Positions 40,021 through 49,666 of a stretch of 64,000 nt of DNA are shown here, piece by piece. The number at the start of each line of letters is the position of its first letter. Positions within the stretch are counted from its first letter, which is position 1. The stretch is taken from NCBI GenBank assembly GCA_963662335.2, contig CAXXVD010000001.1:608001-672000 (forward strand), given 5' to 3'. Made by a program: the position numbers and the translations under genes. The notes under the pieces are model-generated. The model searched no databases and had not been told where the DNA came from. It saw nothing but the letters and a program-made list of their open reading frames with translations. Origin of the DNA: Chloroflexota bacterium. GTDB lineage: Bacteria > Chloroflexota > UBA11872 > VXOZ01.

Positions 40021-40081
40021 CAGCGCAAACACCGTATTGGCCAAGGCGCATAGCGCCGTATCGTGTGCGAGGTTGCTTCCC

Positions 40082-40573
40082 GTGTCATCGCCAACAGCCG
40101 GCACGCTCCACCGGCGCATCGCGTCTAGTCTCACCGCCCGCCGCGAGACGCTCGCCTGCGTGGAGATCGGCAGCGGCGGCCGGATTTCCCAGGCCCTCAC
40201 GGCGGAGCCGGGCAGTTCCGCCTTCTTCACCGGCGCGCTCATCCTCACGCCGGATGCCGCCCTTTGGCCGCGCGCCATAACCGGGCGCGGCTGCTGGCAA
40301 GCGGAACCGCCCGGCAGTGAACCGCGCCTGTTCGGACTGGCCGCGGTGGCGCAGAAGCAGTTCGACGCGGACTGGGGCCTGGCCGTGGAGTGTGTGCCGT
40401 CCGCAACGCCGGTCGCGCTTCATCTCGCGCTGCGCAGCCCCGACTGCGGCGCTTGCTGCGAAACGGCGGCGCTGGCGGCAGATGCCGCGGAGCCGGACAG
40501 CGGACGACTGGCACAATGCGTTTTGGAGCGCCTGGCGGCGCGGCTGGAAGGCCGCGATGAGGCGCCGCCATGA
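40082..40573 (+). CDS. Degenerate CinA/PncC-like protein
   Basis: TLACVEIGSGGRISQALT.EPGSSAFF.G and F.ADWGLA resemble PncC; start uncertain. Confidence 0.65.
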   Translation: MSSPTAGTLHRRIASSLTARRETLACVEIGSGGRISQALTAEPGSSAFFTGALILTPDAALWPRAITGRGCWQAEPPGSEPRLFGLAAVAQKQFDADWGLAVECVPSATPVALHLALRSPDCGACCETAALAADAAEPDSGRLAQCVLERLAARLEGRDEAPP

Positions 40574-40830
40574 TGCGCATAACTCATGACCGCCCCGCGC
40601 TCCTGCTCCAGGTCGAACCGTACGACCTGGCCGGTGTCGACCACTATAAGCTGATGGTGGTCTGGCAGGAAGACCGCCACACCATCCACGAGGTGCACCT
40701 GCCCGCCAACACGGTGTATGCCAACCCGCACGCCGGCCAACGTGTCGTGATAACCTATCGCATGGACGAGCCCCTGCGCGTCAAACCCCTCTTGCAACCG
40801 CCTGGCGAGGAGCAACCATGCCCACCATAG
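40570..40830 (+). CDS. Hypothetical protein
   Basis: ATGA overlap with upstream stop; overlaps the downstream start; host-like codon use. Confidence 0.6.
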   Translation: MMRITHDRPALLLQVEPYDLAGVDHYKLMVVWQEDRHTIHEVHLPANTVYANPHAGQRVVITYRMDEPLRVKPLLQPPGEEQPCPP

Positions 40831-41948
40831 CGAACATCGAAGTATTCTCGTTCACGCTGCCGTTCAAGGGGCTGTTCCGCACCTCCAGGGGCACCGTGGG
40901 CAGCGCCGCCGCCGGCCGGCCAATTGTGCTCACAAAACTCACCGCCAGCGACGGCACGGTCGGCTGGGGCGAGGGTTCGCCCTCCCACACCTGGTCGCCG
41001 GAGACCCGTGAATCCGTGGTGAGCGCGCTCCAGGACCACTTCATTCCCGCCGTAATCGGCACGCCGCTGGCGGATTTCGACGGCCTGCACGCGGCGATGA
41101 ATGGGGCTATCGCCCCGCTCTGGGGACTGAGCATGCCGATTGCCCGCGCCGCGATCGACGTGGCCGCCCACGACGCCCTGGCCCGGCGCTACGGCGTGCC
41201 GCTCACCGACCTGCTCGGCCACCGGCGGGCGGACCGGGTGCGCCTGAGTTGGACCGTAACCGGCGGCACGCCTGAGGAAGTGGCGGACAGCCTGCGCGAG
41301 GCGGCGGAGCGCGGCTACACCAGTTGCAACGTGAAAGTCGGCGGCGCTATGGATTGGGACGTGCAACTCTGCGGGCTGGTGCGGCGCGCTTTCCCGGACG
41401 GCTTTCTCTGGGCCGACGCCAACGGCGGCTTTCCGCCCCACGAGGCGCGGCAGCGCATGCATGCGTTGGCCGACGCCGGCGTGGCCCTGCTGGAGCAACC
41501 GGTCGCGCCGGACCGGCCCGACGTGGCGGCGCGGCTGGCGGCGGAATCTCCCATCCCGGTGGCGCAGGATGAGGCTATTTCCGGCCCGGTGCCCTTGCTC
41601 ACCCTCATCAAGCAGGAGGCGCTGACGGCGTATACGTACAAGGTCACGCGCACCGGGGGCCTCTGGCCGGCCCATCTCTGCGCCGCGCTCGCCGACACCG
41701 CCGGCCTGATGCCGGTCATGAGCGGCCTGACCGAGTGCAGCGTGGCCTTTGCCGCCAGCGTGCACCTGGCCGCCGCCTGGGGCATCGCGCATCCCTGCGC
41801 GCTGAACGGCCCGCAGTTCCTGACCGACGACATCGCGGCAAAGACACTGCCCCGCGAGGGCGACACTGTGCTCGTTACGGACGCGCCGGGACTAGGCATC
41901 GAGGTGGACGAAGACAAGGTGCGTCATCTGGCCGCTCAGGAGGCGTGA
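40818..41948 (+). CDS. Mandelate racemase/muconate lactonizing enzyme (enolase superfamily) protein
   Basis: VGWGE, AAIDVA.HD, NVKVG, metal ligands ADAN/LEQP/QDE, PGLGIEVD. Confidence 0.9.
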   Translation: MPTIANIEVFSFTLPFKGLFRTSRGTVGSAAAGRPIVLTKLTASDGTVGWGEGSPSHTWSPETRESVVSALQDHFIPAVIGTPLADFDGLHAAMNGAIAPLWGLSMPIARAAIDVAAHDALARRYGVPLTDLLGHRRADRVRLSWTVTGGTPEEVADSLREAAERGYTSCNVKVGGAMDWDVQLCGLVRRAFPDGFLWADANGGFPPHEARQRMHALADAGVALLEQPVAPDRPDVAARLAAESPIPVAQDEAISGPVPLLTLIKQEALTAYTYKVTRTGGLWPAHLCAALADTAGLMPVMSGLTECSVAFAASVHLAAAWGIAHPCALNGPQFLTDDIAAKTLPREGDTVLVTDAPGLGIEVDEDKVRHLAAQEA

Positions 41949-41953
41949 CCGCT

Positions 41954-42967
41954 ATGAGCAAGCGCGCGCCCATTCGCTCCATTCACGTCGGCGTGGGCCG
42001 CCGGGGCCGCTGGCCGTTGGACGTGCTCACCGCAGACCCGCGCTTTCAACCGGCGGCCCTGGTCGACGTTTCGCCGCAGTTGCTGGCGGAAGCGCAGGCG
42101 GTGACGGGTTTGGACGAGTCGGCCTCTTTCTCGGGCCTCGACGCGGCGCTCGCCACGGTGCCGGCGGATGCGGTCATCATCTGCACGCCCACGGAGTTTC
42201 ACGCGCCGCTGGCCCGGCTGGCGTTCGCGGCCGGCAAGCACGTGCTGGTTGAGAAAGGCATGACGACCAACTGGCAAGATGCCATTGCGCTGGTAGCTGA
42301 TGCGGAAAGCGCCGGCGTGAAGTTCTGCGTCTCGCAGAACTACCGCTACCGGCCCGAAATCGTCACGCTAAAGGCGGCCGTTGACAGCGGCGACTACGGC
42401 ACACCCCACCTGATCGACCTCATTCACCACCGTCACCGGCCCGCGCCGCGCACGCTGGACTATCCCTTCGCCATGGTCTGGGACATGAGCGTGCACCACC
42501 TGGACAACCTGGTCTGCTGCTTTGGGCCGGTGGCCGAAGTTTCCGCGCGCAGTTTCACCGCGCCCTGGTCACAGTACCCCCACGACGCGGGCATAGCGGG
42601 CGCTCTGCAATTCGTGAGCGGCGCCGTTGCCACCTACGCCATGTCGTTTATCGCGAGCTTCAACGATTACCGCTTCGTCGTGCAAAGCGCGGCGGGCGCG
42701 CTGGCCTGGGACGGCGCCGGCTGGCAGTGGCAGCCAACGCCGGACGCGGACTCGGGCAAAGCGCCGCCGCCGCAACCCGTGCCTCACGCGCCGGCCCCGG
42801 CCCGCAGCGAACAAGCGGTGATCGACGACTTCTACCGCTACGTCGTAGACGGGATTGAACCCGAAGTCAGCGGGCGCAATAACCTGGAAGTCCTGCGCGC
42901 CTGCGAGATGCTCTGCCGCTCCAGCCAAACAGAGCGCACCGTGCGGCGGGATGACGTGCCGGAATGA
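41954..42967 (+). CDS. Gfo/Idh/MocA family oxidoreductase
   Basis: VGVGRRG, AGKHVLVEK, SQNYRY, DMSVHHLD. Confidence 0.88.
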   Translation: MSKRAPIRSIHVGVGRRGRWPLDVLTADPRFQPAALVDVSPQLLAEAQAVTGLDESASFSGLDAALATVPADAVIICTPTEFHAPLARLAFAAGKHVLVEKGMTTNWQDAIALVADAESAGVKFCVSQNYRYRPEIVTLKAAVDSGDYGTPHLIDLIHHRHRPAPRTLDYPFAMVWDMSVHHLDNLVCCFGPVAEVSARSFTAPWSQYPHDAGIAGALQFVSGAVATYAMSFIASFNDYRFVVQSAAGALAWDGAGWQWQPTPDADSGKAPPPQPVPHAPAPARSEQAVIDDFYRYVVDGIEPEVSGRNNLEVLRACEMLCRSSQTERTVRRDDVPE

Positions 42968-42983
42968 GTAGAGCCACCTTACG

Positions 42984-43176
42984 TGTCATTCCGAGCGCAG
43001 CGAGGAATCTAGTGGTCGCTGCGCCCTGGATTCTTCGTCGCTGCGCTCCTCAGAATGACAATCGATCAGTTCGTTCGGTTTGGACAGGTGACGCTCCGCG
43101 AGGCTGATCCGCCGCACGTGGACGTGGATATGACACAAGAGCAAAGAGGTAGGGGCACGGCATGCCGTGCCCCTAC
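42984..43176. repeat. REP-like elements (family 1 at 42984-43060; GTAGGGGCACGG..CCGTGCCCCTAC at 43149-43176)
   Basis: Direct inspection; lie between convergent genes. Confidence 0.8.
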
Positions 43177-43253
43177 CTGCCCCATGCGGAATTCCCTTAA
43201 CGCTCGCTGCGTAGCGCAGCACGACCCGTCATGCGAGATGCCGCGTGCTCAGG

Positions 43254-44645
43254 CTATTCCGACTTTTCCTTGTACTCAGCCAGCACCGCATCCATGCGCT
43301 TGGCGGCCTCGTTGAGGTTGGACTCCACCTCGCCGGGCGACTCGCCAAAGATAACCTTATGCGCCTCGCGCATGATGCCGCTGCATTCGCCGTACGTCGG
43401 CCAGTACTGGAAGTTGAACGCCAGGCCGTTGTACATGCGATTCAGCATGAAGTCGGTCTGAATTTGCGCCTTATCCGGCTCCAGGAAGCTGTAGTACTGC
43501 TCCCACAGCGCGCGGTCGGAAACCGGCAGCGGCTGGCCCTGGCCCAATGCCACCCACTGTTTCCAACCCTCGATACCGCCGATCCACTCGGCAAGGAGCC
43601 AGGCGGTGTCGTGGTCCGCATGGGACTCCGCGATCGACCACAGGTGACCTTGGGAAAAGTGCTTCTGGTCCATGGGTCCCGCGGGATACGTATGGGCCTT
43701 CCATTCGAACGGCACGTTGCCCTCGTTACGGAAGTTGACCCACCAGGGATCGTTGCCCCAGGCGTCCCACGTGGCATAGTACCCTTGATGGGCGCCGAGG
43801 CCGCTTTCCTGGGGATTGCCCGGCGTGGGTATGCTGCGGTCGGCATACGCCATATCTTGGTAGATGGTGTACATGGCAACCGGGCCCGGACCATTGACGA
43901 GCGACTTGGTCTGCTCTTCGTTCACCCAAAAGTGTTGGCCGTAGTTCCACATCACCGCAAAGTTGTCAGAGCCGGAGTTGTTCGCAAGATTCCTGGTGCC
44001 CCAGATGTTCTCCTCCCGATCGGCTGTGCGCTTCGCAACTTCGCGCAGGTCGTCCATCGTCCAGTCTTCGGCCGGCAATTCCAATCCGGCGTTCTGGAAG
44101 ATGGTCGCGTTGAGATAGATCAGGGTGCCGTTGAAGTCCTGCGCCGTGCCCCAGATGCGGCCCTGATACGACATGGCCTCACGCATCGGCTGGACGTAAT
44201 GCTCCAGGCTGGCAGTCGCGCTCGCTTTGACGCGATCGGTTACGTCAAGCACGATGCCGCGCTCGACGTAATTGGACTTGAATTGCGCCCACATGTTCCA
44301 GACGTCCGGCGGCACGCCCGCCGTAATCTGAGAAAGGAGCTTGGGGTTGTACTCGCTGAACGCCGTGATGGTCGCTTCCGCTTCATAGTCGCCGGCAAAG
44401 GTCTCGTTGAAGACACCGAGGACATTCACGTACCGCTCGAGCACCGCGGCGTTGCCATAGCTATGAATGGAGAGCTGCTGCACCTCTTTGGCCGGCGCCT
44501 CTTGGGCGGCCTCCTTGGGCGCTTCCTTCTCCGCCACGGCCTCTTCTTCGGCTGCCGGGGCCGTCTGCACCGCGCCACAGGCGGCGGCCACCAATGCCGT
44601 CGCCGCTACGCCGCTGAATCGGAGAAAGTCTCTACGGGTAAGCAT
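43254..44645 (-). CDS. Carbohydrate-type ABC solute-binding Tat lipoprotein
   Basis: TRRDFL, AAACG, AGVPPDVW, DWTMDDL. Confidence 0.9.
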   Translation of the reverse strand: MLTRRDFLRFSGVAATALVAAACGAVQTAPAAEEEAVAEKEAPKEAAQEAPAKEVQQLSIHSYGNAAVLERYVNVLGVFNETFAGDYEAEATITAFSEYNPKLLSQITAGVPPDVWNMWAQFKSNYVERGIVLDVTDRVKASATASLEHYVQPMREAMSYQGRIWGTAQDFNGTLIYLNATIFQNAGLELPAEDWTMDDLREVAKRTADREENIWGTRNLANNSGSDNFAVMWNYGQHFWVNEEQTKSLVNGPGPVAMYTIYQDMAYADRSIPTPGNPQESGLGAHQGYYATWDAWGNDPWWVNFRNEGNVPFEWKAHTYPAGPMDQKHFSQGHLWSIAESHADHDTAWLLAEWIGGIEGWKQWVALGQGQPLPVSDRALWEQYYSFLEPDKAQIQTDFMLNRMYNGLAFNFQYWPTYGECSGIMREAHKVIFGESPGEVESNLNEAAKRMDAVLAEYKEKSE

Positions 44646-44755
44646 CGTCCCTCTCCTTACCTGATTAGGGATGTTCGATCCCGCTGACCTAGGGGAAACT
44701 CTAATCTACATTGGAGAGCGTGTCAATTGACCGCGCTCCGCGCGCGGCCGGACGC

Positions 44756-45919
44756 CTAGACCGCTCTCCGCGAATTACGGGCACGGCGCAGCGGCTGCAA
44801 GCGGCCGTACGTAACGCTGCGCCACACCCACTCCGCCGGCCCGAATTGGAACCAACTCAGCCACGCCTGCGACCACCACAGTTGCAGCGCCCAGACCGCG
44901 AACACGAAGACCAAGACGGTGCTGCGGGTCACGAACGCCGCGTCGCTGAGCAGCGTGGTCAAGACGAGCACGCCCAAGACCGTTTGCGTCAGGTAATTCG
45001 TCAGCGCCATCCGGCCCACGGCGCGGAGCCGCCGCTTGAGCCGGCTATCCAGGCCGTTGTTCCACAGTATGATGAGGCTTGCGTATCCCAGACACGCGGG
45101 AATCGTGCCGAGATGGTTCGGTACCTGCCCAATGAGCGCCACGCCGCGCCCGTAGTCTCCCACCGCCGTAACCACTACGCCCAACGCGGCCAGTCCCAGC
45201 CCAATGCCCAGCCCCATGGCGGCCGTCAAGCGGTACGTCCGCGGCGACATGCCGCCGTCCAGGAAGCCCATGCGGAAGAGCGCGGCGCCAATGAGCACCA
45301 TCCCCGGCCCCCGCACGATGTATGAGACCCACGAGAGATAGCCCAGCGTGGCGTCTTCCGCTTCCGTGGTCGACCACGTGCCGCCCACCGGCGCGCCGGC
45401 GTTGACGAGGGCTTGCCCGTAGAGGTCGCTGGCGACGCACAGCATGAACACCGCCGCGCCCAGCGCCAGCAGCGCCCGGTCCGGCAGCTTGCGCAGCGAA
45501 ATCAGAATGAAGGCCGACATGGCGTAGATCCACAGCACGTCGCCGTACCAGAGCCAGAAGTGCGCGACGCCGATACCCAGCAGCAAGACATTGCGCCAGA
45601 GGCTCAGCAGCACGGCGCGCCCGCCTCTTTCGGCGGCGCGGTCGATGAACAGGATGATGCCCGCGCCGAACAAGAGCGAAAACATCCCCATGAACTTCTG
45701 GTCGATGAAGATTTCGCCGAAGATGCCGATGGCCCAGTCCAGCCAGGTGTCCGTGCCGCCGGCGCTCACGTTGTAGTAGGCCGCTTCGACGAAGGCGAAC
45801 GAGACCGCGTTCATGAGCGGAATGCCCAACACGGCAATCCCGCGTATCAAGTCGAGGCTGGTGATGCGCGCGGGCTCGCCTATGGGGCCGGCCTCAGTGG
45901 TCTGAAAGCGTGCGGCCAT
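44756..45919 (-). CDS. DUF418 (YeiB-like) membrane protein
   Basis: RITSLDLIRGIAVLGI, KFMGMFSLLFG, WYGDVL, GRMALTNYL, GPAEWVWRSVTY. Confidence 0.9.
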   Translation of the reverse strand: MAARFQTTEAGPIGEPARITSLDLIRGIAVLGIPLMNAVSFAFVEAAYYNVSAGGTDTWLDWAIGIFGEIFIDQKFMGMFSLLFGAGIILFIDRAAERGGRAVLLSLWRNVLLLGIGVAHFWLWYGDVLWIYAMSAFILISLRKLPDRALLALGAAVFMLCVASDLYGQALVNAGAPVGGTWSTTEAEDATLGYLSWVSYIVRGPGMVLIGAALFRMGFLDGGMSPRTYRLTAAMGLGIGLGLAALGVVVTAVGDYGRGVALIGQVPNHLGTIPACLGYASLIILWNNGLDSRLKRRLRAVGRMALTNYLTQTVLGVLVLTTLLSDAAFVTRSTVLVFVFAVWALQLWWSQAWLSWFQFGPAEWVWRSVTYGRLQPLRRARNSRRAV

Positions 45920-46025
45920 CGCATTGCGCTCCTCGAGCAAGTAATGGGGGGCCCTAAGTACCAGTATACGGTGAATGGGCGCGCGCGGGTGCGGCTGGCA
46001 TAGCAGGTAACGCCCCCGTAACGTT

Positions 46026-47606
46026 CTACCGGCGCAGGAACGGCAGGCGCCGCCACGCCGTTCTTGCTTCCGGCACGCCGAGAAGCAGCGCCGCAAGGAC
46101 GTATATGGCGAGCAACACACCCCCATAGACGCTGAGCCGCAGGATGGCGGGCCATGCGGCCAACGGAACCAGCCACTGGAGGCCGCCGCTCACGCCCGCG
46201 GCCAGCAGCGCGCAGAGCAGCAAGGGCGGCATACCCGCCAGGAAGCGAAATCCCGGCACGCGCCGCGCCAACAAGAGCCACAGCCAGACCGCCTCCAGCA
46301 ACACCGCCAGCGAAATGCCCAGCGCCAGGCCGCCCTGCGCCAGCGGCTCCCTGAGCAGCAGCGCCAGCGCAATGCCCACACCCATGCTCGCGATCCCGAT
46401 TAGCACCGGCGTGCGCGTATCCTGGAGCGCAAAGAAGCCCCGGTTCAGCACCTCCACCGCGCCGTGCCCGGCCAGGCCGACCCCGAAGAAGAGCAACGCC
46501 CAGGCGGTGAGGTCGGTGGAGGCGGCGTCGAATTCCCCGCGCTGGAAGAGCGCGGCGACCACCAGCGGCGCGAAGAGCATCAGGCCGGCGGCGGACGGCA
46601 GCAGGAAGAAGAGCACGGCGCGCATGGCCGTGGTGAGTTGGCGCGCCAGCAGCGGCGTGGGACCGGGCGCGGCGGCCGCGGCAAAGCGGGGAAACCACGC
46701 CCGCGCCACCGCCATGCCGAACACCCCCAGCGGCAGCATCATCAGCGTCCAGGCGTAGTGCAATGCGGCTACGGCGCCTGCGCCCAACGCCGAGGCCAGC
46801 GTGACCATGATGAACATCAGCGCCAGATGGACGCTGACCAGCCCGGCCATGCGCGGCGCGGCGGCGCGCACCAGGCGCGTGAGTTCGGGCAAACGGGGAT
46901 CGAGCGTCAGGCGATAGCCCGGTCCCAAGGCGCGAAAGGCGGGAACCTGCACCAGCAGATGCAGTCCCGCGCCGATTAACACGCCAAACGCCACGCCGTA
47001 GATACCCCAGCGCGCCGCCAGCGCGACAACCCCAACGATGATCGCCGCATTGTAGAGCAACGGCGCGATGGCGGGCAACAAGAAGTGCCGCCGGGTGTGC
47101 AGCGTGGCCGTGAGCACTTCGCTGGCGGCGAGCAGCAACGGCGAGAACGCCACAATGCCCAGCAGCGCCACGGTGAGTGTGCGCGTCTCGGCGTCGAAAC
47201 CCGGCGTAAAGAGCGGCACGATCAGCGGCGCGAGCAGAATGACCGCGACCGCGAAGAAACCCACCGCCATGATGACGGCGTTGAGCGCCGTGCTGCTGAA
47301 GGCGCGCGCGGCCGCCGGGTCGTCGCGCCCCAGCACCTCCCGGTAGAGCGGGATGTAGGCCGAACTCAACGCGCCGCCGGCAAAGAGCAGGAACGCCAGA
47401 TCAGGCAGCCGGAACGCCGCCACGTAGGCGTCAAACTCCGCCGATGTCCCAAACCGCGCGCTGATGGCAACCTCCCGCGCCAGTCCCAACACCCGCGAGA
47501 GCACGAAACTCGCCATCAAAACCGCCGCGCCGCCAACCACGCTGCCGCCCCCAATGCGCAGCCACCACCACCGGCGGGAGGGTGTCGGCTTTTCAGATGC
47601 GGACAT
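46026..47606 (-). CDS. murJ: Lipid II flippase
   Basis: SRVLGLARE, AAFRLPD, GGALSSAYIP, FQRGEF, FFALQDTRTPV. Confidence 0.95.
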   Translation of the reverse strand: MSASEKPTPSRRWWWLRIGGGSVVGGAAVLMASFVLSRVLGLAREVAISARFGTSAEFDAYVAAFRLPDLAFLLFAGGALSSAYIPLYREVLGRDDPAAARAFSSTALNAVIMAVGFFAVAVILLAPLIVPLFTPGFDAETRTLTVALLGIVAFSPLLLAASEVLTATLHTRRHFLLPAIAPLLYNAAIIVGVVALAARWGIYGVAFGVLIGAGLHLLVQVPAFRALGPGYRLTLDPRLPELTRLVRAAAPRMAGLVSVHLALMFIMVTLASALGAGAVAALHYAWTLMMLPLGVFGMAVARAWFPRFAAAAAPGPTPLLARQLTTAMRAVLFFLLPSAAGLMLFAPLVVAALFQRGEFDAASTDLTAWALLFFGVGLAGHGAVEVLNRGFFALQDTRTPVLIGIASMGVGIALALLLREPLAQGGLALGISLAVLLEAVWLWLLLARRVPGFRFLAGMPPLLLCALLAAGVSGGLQWLVPLAAWPAILRLSVYGGVLLAIYVLAALLLGVPEARTAWRRLPFLRR

Positions 47607-48019
47607 GGTGAGGTAGCGAGCGATTTCGGGGAGAAGCAGGAGAAGCTATCACTATCGCCAACTTGAGTGCTAACTTAAGCGTGCAAGAGAAGCAGCCGTT
47701 CGTCCTGAGCCTGTCGAAGGATGAACGGCTGCGAGATGCGCGTCGAACAGTCGCGGATACCGTGCCCGGCAGACTCCGCGCGCTATGTCTGTGAAATAGT
47801 GCGAAAAGAGAACGGGCTATGCCGAAATCTCCCTGCTCTTGCCAAGAAAGCCCGGAGTTTGGGGGAACTCCCACAGCAGAATCATACTAGCACAGTAGGC
47901 AATTGTGCCAGTACTAGGCTTGACCGAGAGAAGGGCGCGGTAGTCTAAGGAGCGGGGCCTGGGGCCGTTGAAGCGATCGCGATGCAGAAGTCAATATGGA
48001 TGTTACGAGCAAGCGAGAA

Positions 48020-48958
48020 CTACGCGCACTGGTAGGCGCGCTGCAGCAAGCTGCCGTAGTGCTTGTGATTGCGCAATGGCTCAAACGTCTCGGAATTCAA
48101 CATAAACAGCAAGCCCTTTCCGTGATCTCCGCACGTTAGCTCATCGTCTATGGTAGCGTCGAGATGGTGCAATGCGCCGTCCAGATCGCCGTGCTTCAGG
48201 CAATATTGGGCCTGCTGGTAGTTGAGCATGCAAAATTCGTCATCGAAGGCAATACCGGCGCGCACTGCCGCTTCCGCTTCCGCGTCTCTGCCGAGGTCTC
48301 CCAGAGTTTCGGCCAGACTGCTGTAGGCGGCTGCCATTGCCCGCTGCTGACCCCCGGCAAACCTCCACGACGACACCGGATGCGCTCGCAGACACTCCAA
48401 CGCGGCCTGCCGATGTGCCAACGCGCATTCTCGCTTGCTCTCTGCGGCCCGTTTGCGTGCCTCATAGCCATCGACATCGCCCGCTTGGGCACGCTTGACT
48501 CCCAACTTGAGTTCATGTTCTGCGCTGGCGCAATAGAGTGAGCCGAGCCTCTCGCAAACCAGCCAATTTGGCCCCTGTGCCGCTAGTTTTTGTTCTAGGC
48601 GCGCTATTGCTTCTTGATTCGGACCTCGTGGCGTTCGTTCGTAGCGCGCGAGAAAGCCGAGCGGGCCGTTTGGCGCTTGCGCAATCCACCTAACGAGTTT
48701 GTAGCCCCACAACGGAAGCAGCCACCTCTTGCCGAAGTGCGCGCGCAGCAATTCACGGTTGAGTTCATGGACCGAACCAAGGGCGGCCAGGGCTTTCCGC
48801 TCCGCGCGCCCTTGCTTGGCGCGGGCGGCCACCCGCTGCGCAACTGCGTCTTCCAGGTGCGCGCGGAGTTCGTCCCTAACCTCATTGCGTTTCGGGTTTG
48901 GCAGTCCCGCCACTGCCTTGCGCAGAAAGCGTTCCGTTTTCGGCTGTAAGCGCGCCAT
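48020..48958 (-). CDS. HAAS/permease-prefix domain plus TPR-like protein
   Basis: EVRDELRAHLEDAV...ALAALGSVHEL N-terminus; TPR-like helices (AYSSLAETLGDLGRDAEAE; YQQAQY..KHGDLDGAL). Confidence 0.7.
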   Translation of the reverse strand: MARLQPKTERFLRKAVAGLPNPKRNEVRDELRAHLEDAVAQRVAARAKQGRAERKALAALGSVHELNRELLRAHFGKRWLLPLWGYKLVRWIAQAPNGPLGFLARYERTPRGPNQEAIARLEQKLAAQGPNWLVCERLGSLYCASAEHELKLGVKRAQAGDVDGYEARKRAAESKRECALAHRQAALECLRAHPVSSWRFAGGQQRAMAAAYSSLAETLGDLGRDAEAEAAVRAGIAFDDEFCMLNYQQAQYCLKHGDLDGALHHLDATIDDELTCGDHGKGLLFMLNSETFEPLRNHKHYGSLLQRAYQCA

Positions 48959-49259
48959 CGATAGCCTCCACCAGTGTGCGCCAGTGTGCGCGGCGTTCGG
49001 CCAGCGCCTTGCGGCCCCGCGCCGTCAAGCGGTAGTACCTGCGCCGCGGCCCGCGCGGGCTCTCTTGCCAGTACGGCTTCACCAGCCCCTCGGCCGCCAG
49101 GCGGTGCAGCGCCGGATAGAGCGTGCCCTCTTTGAAGACTAGCACGCCGTTCGTGCGCTCCCGCAGCGCCTCGGCAAGTTCGAACCCGTACATGGGCCGG
49201 GTTGCCAGCAGATCGAGCAGCAGCAGGCTGGCCGTGCCTTTGCGCAATTCGCGTAACAT
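48882..49259 (-). CDS. PadR family transcriptional regulator
   Basis: ELRKGT, PMYGFEL, EGTLYPALHRL, RRRYYRLT.RG. Confidence 0.93.
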   Translation of the reverse strand: MLRELRKGTASLLLLDLLATRPMYGFELAEALRERTNGVLVFKEGTLYPALHRLAAEGLVKPYWQESPRGPRRRYYRLTARGRKALAERRAHWRTLVEAIDGALTAENGTLSAQGSGGTAKPETQ

Positions 49260-49402
49260 GTATATAGAATATCTAAGTAGCTGGCCGATGGCAAGGGGTA
49301 TGCTCATGAAATTCAAAAGATTCTAATGGAATCAGCAGTTTTGGGCCTGGGTTGGCCAAAGGTGTAACCGTGATCGTCCCTGGGCCCGAGCCAACTTTCA
49401 AC

Positions 49403-49512
49403 TGTCATTCTGAGGAGCGCAGCGACGAAGAATCTAGTGTAGGGTACCCTTTAGATTCCTCGCTGCGCTCGGAATGACGGGAACCGCTGCGCTCAGAATG
49501 ACAGGAACCGCC
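49403..49512. repeat. REP-like element, family 1, with a 24-bp terminal duplication
   Basis: CGCTGCGCTCGGAATGACGGGAAC followed by CGCTGCGCTCAGAATGACAGGAAC. Confidence 0.8.
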
Positions 49513-49666
49513 GCCTTGCAAGGGCTACAAGCCTGGGTCTACTTATTCCCAATTTTCTTTGTCACATCCGCAGAATCCATGCCGCACCTGTGCGCCGTGC
49601 CGTATAATGAGGGACAAGAGGATCCAGCGAGCGTGTGCGTTTCATTCAGCAGAGGAGGGACTGCCG

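Noticed and set aside
47780-48010. Lower-GC intergenic stretch with an imperfect hairpin as a possible ncRNA or attC site
   Set aside because: Single weak stem with no second copy and no family features.
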